Assembly: GCA_046350755.1 (NCBI GenBank) | Contig: JAXLZV010000001.1 | Coordinates: 406,372 to 470,371, forward strand | Direction: 5' to 3' | Source of the DNA: Candidatus Saccharimonadota bacterium | GTDB lineage: Bacteria; Patescibacteriota; Saccharimonadia; CAILAD01; GCA-016700035 | DNA: 64,000 nt | Part shown: positions 59,072 through 64,000 of the stretch, piece after piece | How positions within the stretch are numbered: the stretch's first letter is position 1 | Layout: each line of letters starts with the position of its first letter | Notes under the pieces: model-generated | Seen by the model: the letters and a program-made list of their open reading frames with translations, nothing else | Database searches by the model: none | Told to the model about the DNA's origin: nothing | Program-made: the position numbers and the translations under genes

Positions 59072-60420
59072 CGCTTCACCAAACTAAACTGCTCATAGTG
59101 GATCAGCTCACGAGCGACGCCAGCGTCGACTAATTGGCTTCGCAGCGCGGTCATCAGCGACGGCGGTCCGCAAATATAGAAATCAGTCTGCTCCAGCGTA
59201 CCCACTTCGTGCTGCAAGATTTCAGCTGTCAGCAATTCCTGTGTCATGCCCCTCCCCTTTGCTTCACCCTCAGTAATGACATAACGAAGTTTCAACTTCA
59301 CATCTTTAGTCAGCGACTCAATCTCCCGCTTGAGCGCCAAATCGTCGACGCTGCGGGCAGTATAAAACAGCCACAACTCACGCTTATCGCCGGACTGCGC
59401 CAACTCACCCAACATAGCTCTGATCGGTGTAATACCGATGCCACCGGCCACGAATACCAGCCGCGGCTGGGAGGCTAACTCAGATGTAAAACGACCGTAT
59501 GGCCCATCGACAACGACTGGTGTTTCGATCGGAATGCGGTCGAGCTTAGCCGTAAAATCGCCAACGATCTTATAGGTGATCCGAAGCTCTTGGCCATTTG
59601 GCTCGACCGAAAAACTAAACGGATGTTCTTCAAGCCAGTAGCCTTTGGCAACAAACCAGTACTTCGCGAATTGACCAGCTTCGTAACGAAAATTTTGAAG
59701 GTTTTGGCCGCGTAGATAGATACTCGATACCCCTTTGGTTTCGTGATCGACACGAGCCACCCGAAACTTATGCTTATTCCATTTCCAGAAAGGCAGAAAG
59801 AAACGGTAGTACAAGACACTCGCCGCAGTAATCACATAAAGGCCCATCCAGTAGGCCTTAAACCACGGCAAAGCCAAAATTTCTTTACCGTTGGATAACT
59901 GATGACCAACTGCCAACAAGATAATGAGATAGGTTGCAAGGTGGACATAATACCACCATTCATACTTGAGTCGACGACGAGCGATCACCAGCGAACTACC
60001 AGCCACAATAAACAGTAAGATTTCAGCAATAAGTGCCTTGGTAATATCTTCGAAGTTCCCCATGAGAATGGGCAGTACCTGGGGAATTTGAACATTATAT
60101 ACTGGCGCATAAGCTAGCAGAATCGTCGGCACATGGACGAGCACCAAGAGGACGGCGGCAAAGCCATTCCACCGGTGAATGCGAGTCAGCTTATCCAGGC
60201 CAAAATCAGCCTCCAGCCACTTACCACGACCGATCAGCCACAGTTGCACGAGCAAAGTGTAGCCGGCGAGTAAAGCAGCCAATCGCGAGAATCCCAGCAT
60301 CAGCGCAGTATAGCCAGTCGACATCAACGGCAAACTGACAGCCGACCAAACAGCGAATATAATGACCAGATTGATTCCCCAGAGCAAAATCCAACGCCAT
60401 TGTCGCCATGTATATTTCAT
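59068..60420 (-). CDS. ferric reductase-like transmembrane protein with FAD/NAD(P)-binding domain
   Basis: 6 TM with conserved His residues, HPFS FAD motif, C-terminal GGIGITP NAD-binding motif. Confidence 0.75.
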   Translation of the reverse strand: MKYTWRQWRWILLWGINLVIIFAVWSAVSLPLMSTGYTALMLGFSRLAALLAGYTLLVQLWLIGRGKWLEADFGLDKLTRIHRWNGFAAVLLVLVHVPTILLAYAPVYNVQIPQVLPILMGNFEDITKALIAEILLFIVAGSSLVIARRRLKYEWWYYVHLATYLIILLAVGHQLSNGKEILALPWFKAYWMGLYVITAASVLYYRFFLPFWKWNKHKFRVARVDHETKGVSSIYLRGQNLQNFRYEAGQFAKYWFVAKGYWLEEHPFSFSVEPNGQELRITYKIVGDFTAKLDRIPIETPVVVDGPYGRFTSELASQPRLVFVAGGIGITPIRAMLGELAQSGDKRELWLFYTARSVDDLALKREIESLTKDVKLKLRYVITEGEAKGRGMTQELLTAEILQHEVGTLEQTDFYICGPPSLMTALRSQLVDAGVARELIHYEQFSLVKR

Positions 60421-60452
60421 GACTTCATCGTACTCGTGAATTAGTTAACGCG

Positions 60453-61988
60453 TCAACTTTTTATTGGCCGCGCGAGTAAAACTACACCATTTTGCCAATA
60501 AATAACCCTGTATCCAAATGTAATTAAAGATTGCCTGTATTTATATAATTCCTTTATACCAATAAAAGGCGGCACTTCATTTTCATCCATTGTAATCACG
60601 AAATCAGGCTGAGTATTTTCAATATCGAAGGGAATATTATAAACATTCTTCCTACTAGTTAATGGGACAAATTGCGACTGGATTGCTACTGAAGAGTCTG
60701 GAGGAATCATATCAATCGCTTGATATGCAGATTTTATTTTGGGTGATAAGCTCTGCACACTTCGCCAACGCAACCATAATATTTGATCATTGTGTGTTCG
60801 TATACTAATACCTATGGAGAGAACCACTACAAGAACACTAATCACAAGTGTACCTGTATGTAATCTACTCTCCGTCAGCCGAAACGTGTACCGTAAAGAC
60901 ATTGCCAACCAAGCTAGGCCGACAATAGCGCTTATCGTAAGAAATGGCGCCTGACTAGCAGTGTAGTGCATATTCGTACTCCAACGCCAAGGCTCAACAG
61001 TCAGTGTCCGACCCAGCCACAAAGGTGCTGCCAAGAGTAGAATCTGGGGGGCGAGGAGCGGTAGCCCACCAAACGATACCAGCATAGCAACCAATGTTGC
61101 GAACTTCTCTCGTGGACTCAAGAAAATCTGCTTAAGGACCTCCAGTGGACGCGTAATACTAGTCTTAAATATGTCAAGAATACTATTCCCAAATGGATTT
61201 TGCACATATGAATAGCCCGGACCAAGTCGATCCATCACAACGCCAATCAACAATGCCATATATGTCAGACTAGCACCAATAATTACTAGGCCAAATTTCC
61301 AGCGCTTATCAAACAGCGCTAAGTAGACACCAAACATTGCTACGACCAGTGGCATATCTTCACGGACCAAGCAAAGTATCACTAGCCAAATGATAAGAGC
61401 TCGAGATTTTTTACTAATCAGTAAATGATAAAGCGCCCAGGCGATCGGCAAGACCGCGACTGGAGAATCATGAAATGGCGATGCTAAAGCGGCCCAAATA
61501 CCAAAGAATGCCAGATATGCCGCCACCCACAATAGGCTTACGGCACGCGATCTGAGATAGTAACGACCAATGTAATAAATTGGGAAGATACTCGCCGTAA
61601 CTGCAGTGACCTGAATAAAAAGCAACGTTCGCGGATCGGGCCAAATTGCATAAAATGGCGTAAGCAAGATAAGAAAGATATGTGCATGATCGCCGAGTAA
61701 ATTAAAGCCCTTAAGTGGATTGGCAGACAGATCAAAATGCACAAGTGAATACATATGCCGATTAAAAAGCCCTAGGTCTAAAACAGAGAACATCAGTGCT
61801 CTGTAAGCCAAGAACATGAACAACAGCATAACCCCCGTAGATACTCCGAAGACCATCCAGATCGGCCGATCAGTAATGAAGCTTGCGCGCAATGAACGCA
61901 GGATCCTACTCGCAACCCTCGGAACGAATGGAGCCTGCTTTCGCACTTGTGCGATGCTACTTTTTGCGATGACTTTGGGCTTTTTCAC
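60453..61988 (-). CDS. polytopic membrane protein, DUF2079/GT-C-like putative glycosyltransferase
   Basis: At least 10 TM; DLGLFNRHMY motif near the first loop. Confidence 0.5.
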   Translation of the reverse strand: MKKPKVIAKSSIAQVRKQAPFVPRVASRILRSLRASFITDRPIWMVFGVSTGVMLLFMFLAYRALMFSVLDLGLFNRHMYSLVHFDLSANPLKGFNLLGDHAHIFLILLTPFYAIWPDPRTLLFIQVTAVTASIFPIYYIGRYYLRSRAVSLLWVAAYLAFFGIWAALASPFHDSPVAVLPIAWALYHLLISKKSRALIIWLVILCLVREDMPLVVAMFGVYLALFDKRWKFGLVIIGASLTYMALLIGVVMDRLGPGYSYVQNPFGNSILDIFKTSITRPLEVLKQIFLSPREKFATLVAMLVSFGGLPLLAPQILLLAAPLWLGRTLTVEPWRWSTNMHYTASQAPFLTISAIVGLAWLAMSLRYTFRLTESRLHTGTLVISVLVVVLSIGISIRTHNDQILWLRWRSVQSLSPKIKSAYQAIDMIPPDSSVAIQSQFVPLTSRKNVYNIPFDIENTQPDFVITMDENEVPPFIGIKELYKYRQSLITFGYRVIYWQNGVVLLARPIKS

Positions 61989-63324
61989 GTGGTTGAGCCG
62001 CTATGCCCCACAATAATCCTATCGCCACCCAGACATGCATGATGTAGAGGGTTGAATATGTCTGGCCTTGAATGATTTGTGTGCCGAAATATCCAAGCAG
62101 GCCAATTATCAGCCCCAGGCTCAATCCACGGGCAGTTTGCGAATAGCGAACTGCCTGCCAAGCCAACCAGCCAAGGAAAGAACCCAATAATAGTAAACCA
62201 ATCAGACCTGTCTCGAGCCATATTTCTAAGGGAAGATTATTTACTATGGCCCAGCCACCCTCACCTTGATTATCCTGGAGATATGGGCCAAATTGACCAG
62301 GGCCAATCCCAAAAAGCATGACCGTCGGCTTATCGCGTAAGTATTTCAGCGCCGCTGTTCTAAAGCGCGCCCGATCATCACCGCTCCCCTCTGTTCCGGT
62401 AGTTTTGAGTTGATTAACGTATGCATCAGCCGCCTTTTTCCCCTCGGCAGGACCCTGGACGGGTCGATTAAATATTTGTACCGCGCCGAGCGCGATCAGT
62501 AGCCCTAAGAGCACACTGACAGTCAACTTTTTCAACATTCCTGGCACAATCTGCTTTCGATAAATCCAGCCCATAAGAGCTAGCACAATCAACCCAGCCA
62601 CAAAGCCATATATTGCCCCGCGAGATAGCGTTAACATCAGGGTCGTGACAAATACTAGGATAATTTGCGGGGTACGCCGCAACAACTTTTTTTCAAATAA
62701 GCCAATACCTAGTCCTGCCATCAATGGAATAAGTAGGTATGAAGCAAAGTACAACGGCTCCAGGCTCGTTGATTGCACCCGGGCGAACCCGAAGACCCTC
62801 CAGCTATAACGTGCCGAAAGTCCAGTTACATACGCTGGGAGACCAAAAAAATCACCAAGATACTGCAATAATCCAAAAAGACTGACGATAACTGCCGCAT
62901 ATATTAATCCAGCCACTACAATACGACGTTGGCTTGTATGAATCTGCTGCCAAAGATACCATACCGAAATTCCAACGGCAGCTGTAAAGCCGGTAAAGAC
63001 AGTCACCTGAACGGCCCGGGCTTGATTGACCGCTGTCGGTATGAGTAATCCGAGCCAAAGCACATAGAGGGCGATGAATGCTACCCCCATTTTCTTGCGT
63101 ACGGCAGGCTTTTTCTGCATTGCTACATAGCCAGCTCGCAAGATGAGCAGCCCTCCCACCAACAGACTTGGACGCAGCGTAATAAAGGCCACATCAAAAG
63201 ACGGAATCCGCTCAAAGGGTAACGCAACAACAATTGCCACTAGCAGCCAGGTATCAATCTCGCTGCGCCAATTTTGTATAAGCTGATTAAGAGTTTCTTT
63301 CATGCATCCTCGCCAAATATACAT
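61957..63324 (-). CDS. O-antigen ligase/polymerase-like (Wzy_C) membrane protein
   Basis: About 10 TM; LTLSRGAIYGFVAG motif followed by large periplasmic loop. Confidence 0.55.
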   Translation of the reverse strand: MYIWRGCMKETLNQLIQNWRSEIDTWLLVAIVVALPFERIPSFDVAFITLRPSLLVGGLLILRAGYVAMQKKPAVRKKMGVAFIALYVLWLGLLIPTAVNQARAVQVTVFTGFTAAVGISVWYLWQQIHTSQRRIVVAGLIYAAVIVSLFGLLQYLGDFFGLPAYVTGLSARYSWRVFGFARVQSTSLEPLYFASYLLIPLMAGLGIGLFEKKLLRRTPQIILVFVTTLMLTLSRGAIYGFVAGLIVLALMGWIYRKQIVPGMLKKLTVSVLLGLLIALGAVQIFNRPVQGPAEGKKAADAYVNQLKTTGTEGSGDDRARFRTAALKYLRDKPTVMLFGIGPGQFGPYLQDNQGEGGWAIVNNLPLEIWLETGLIGLLLLGSFLGWLAWQAVRYSQTARGLSLGLIIGLLGYFGTQIIQGQTYSTLYIMHVWVAIGLLWGIAAQPREKAQSHRKK

Positions 63325-64000
63325 TCTTCACTACTTTTGGAAAGCGAACAAGGGCTAGCCAAGCTGTCGCTGTAAGTCCATGCCACTTTCTAAAATATTT
63401 GAGCTGCGATCGATAGTAATATTGTTTTCTGTCAGCGCTCGACTTTATGCTGCCGCCCCAAAGATGAATGATGTGACTTTCGCGTGCAAAATATATTTTC
63501 TTACCCGCTACTTTAAGCGCCTTACATAGGTCTGTGTCTTCGTAATACATAAAATATCGACTATCAAAACCACCGACCTGCTGGTAGTCGGTTCGCCGAA
63601 CAATCAATGCTGCCGCGACAGCAACCTCTACCGTCCCCGAGGACTCCGGCGGCATATCATCATCCGCCACCTTCCTGCGGAGTGTATCGAGTGGTTTTCT
63701 GACAGTCAGATCAAATACGGTAGGTAAATCATCAACTTGTGCCGGTTGAATTCTCATCTCATTATCGGTTAAAAGAGGCAGGGCAGCAGCATACTCCGGA
63801 TGGCCGTCAAGAAAGCTAATGAGTTCATCAATTTTATTATCTTTTGGAATAAGCGTATCGGTATTGAGAAGCCAGACATACTCACCTTTGGCGGCCTGAA
63901 CACCGATATTATTGCCGCCACCAAAACCGAGGTTAGTTGGCTGCTGTAAAATTTGCACTCGTGGGTATAGCTTACTCAACTTGTCGCTAGCAAAATCCCG
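63287..64000 (-). CDS. family 2 glycosyltransferase (5' end beyond window edge)
   Basis: LGFGGGNNIG, YEDTDLC (DxD-like); ORF still open at position 64000. Confidence 0.7.
   Translation of the reverse strand, partial: RDFASDKLSKLYPRVQILQQPTNLGFGGGNNIGVQAAKGEYVWLLNTDTLIPKDNKIDELISFLDGHPEYAAALPLLTDNEMRIQPAQVDDLPTVFDLTVRKPLDTLRRKVADDDMPPESSGTVEVAVAAALIVRRTDYQQVGGFDSRYFMYYEDTDLCKALKVAGKKIYFARESHIIHLWGGSIKSSADRKQYYYRSQLKYFRKWHGLTATAWLALVRFPKVVKNVYLARMHERNS

Overview
The window reads as a chromosomal segment of a small-genome, Gram-positive-type or CPR-like bacterium. Saccharibacteria/TM7 is an inference only, from the sortase with LAxTG substrates and the lepA-murJ-ftsH-tilS and hrcA-grpE-dnaK blocks; GC is about 50%. 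I found no CRISPR array and no obvious IS element.

Housekeeping genes are nearly all on the minus strand:
- pyrF, two small paralogous ORFs, then pyrE
- a YebC-family regulator and a ComEC-like protein
- tRNA-Lys
- a RimK module: an HExxH protein, rimK and a retropepsin-like protease, next to murF
- a heat-shock operon whose dnaK-dnaJ interval holds a NYN-domain gene and two small membrane genes, preceded by two tandem CIRCE elements and a promoter
- a CHAP hydrolase
- lepA, murJ, ftsH and tilS
- three CAU-anticodon tRNAs (elongator Met-like, initiator, Ile2-like)
- galU, lexA with a GTTC-N7-GTTC operator candidate, malic enzyme, a redox cluster, and an envelope glycan locus at the right edge

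Two regions stand out. The first is a surface-protein island of about 21 kb (24.4-45.7 kb). It has seven secreted NHL-propeller or beta-helix proteins, five of which end in a shared ~130-aa pre-anchor module plus an LAxTG sorting signal. It also carries a class-E-like sortase and a tandemly duplicated two-gene cassette: a GT-A::LicD fusion followed by a LicC-like nucleotidyltransferase with an N-terminal extension. Near-identical nucleotide blocks recur across the island, and one gene has a frameshift. The second is an ORF-free ~430-nt unit (51.2-51.7 kb) between a consensus sigma70 promoter and a strong terminator, which looks like an unannotated structured ncRNA.
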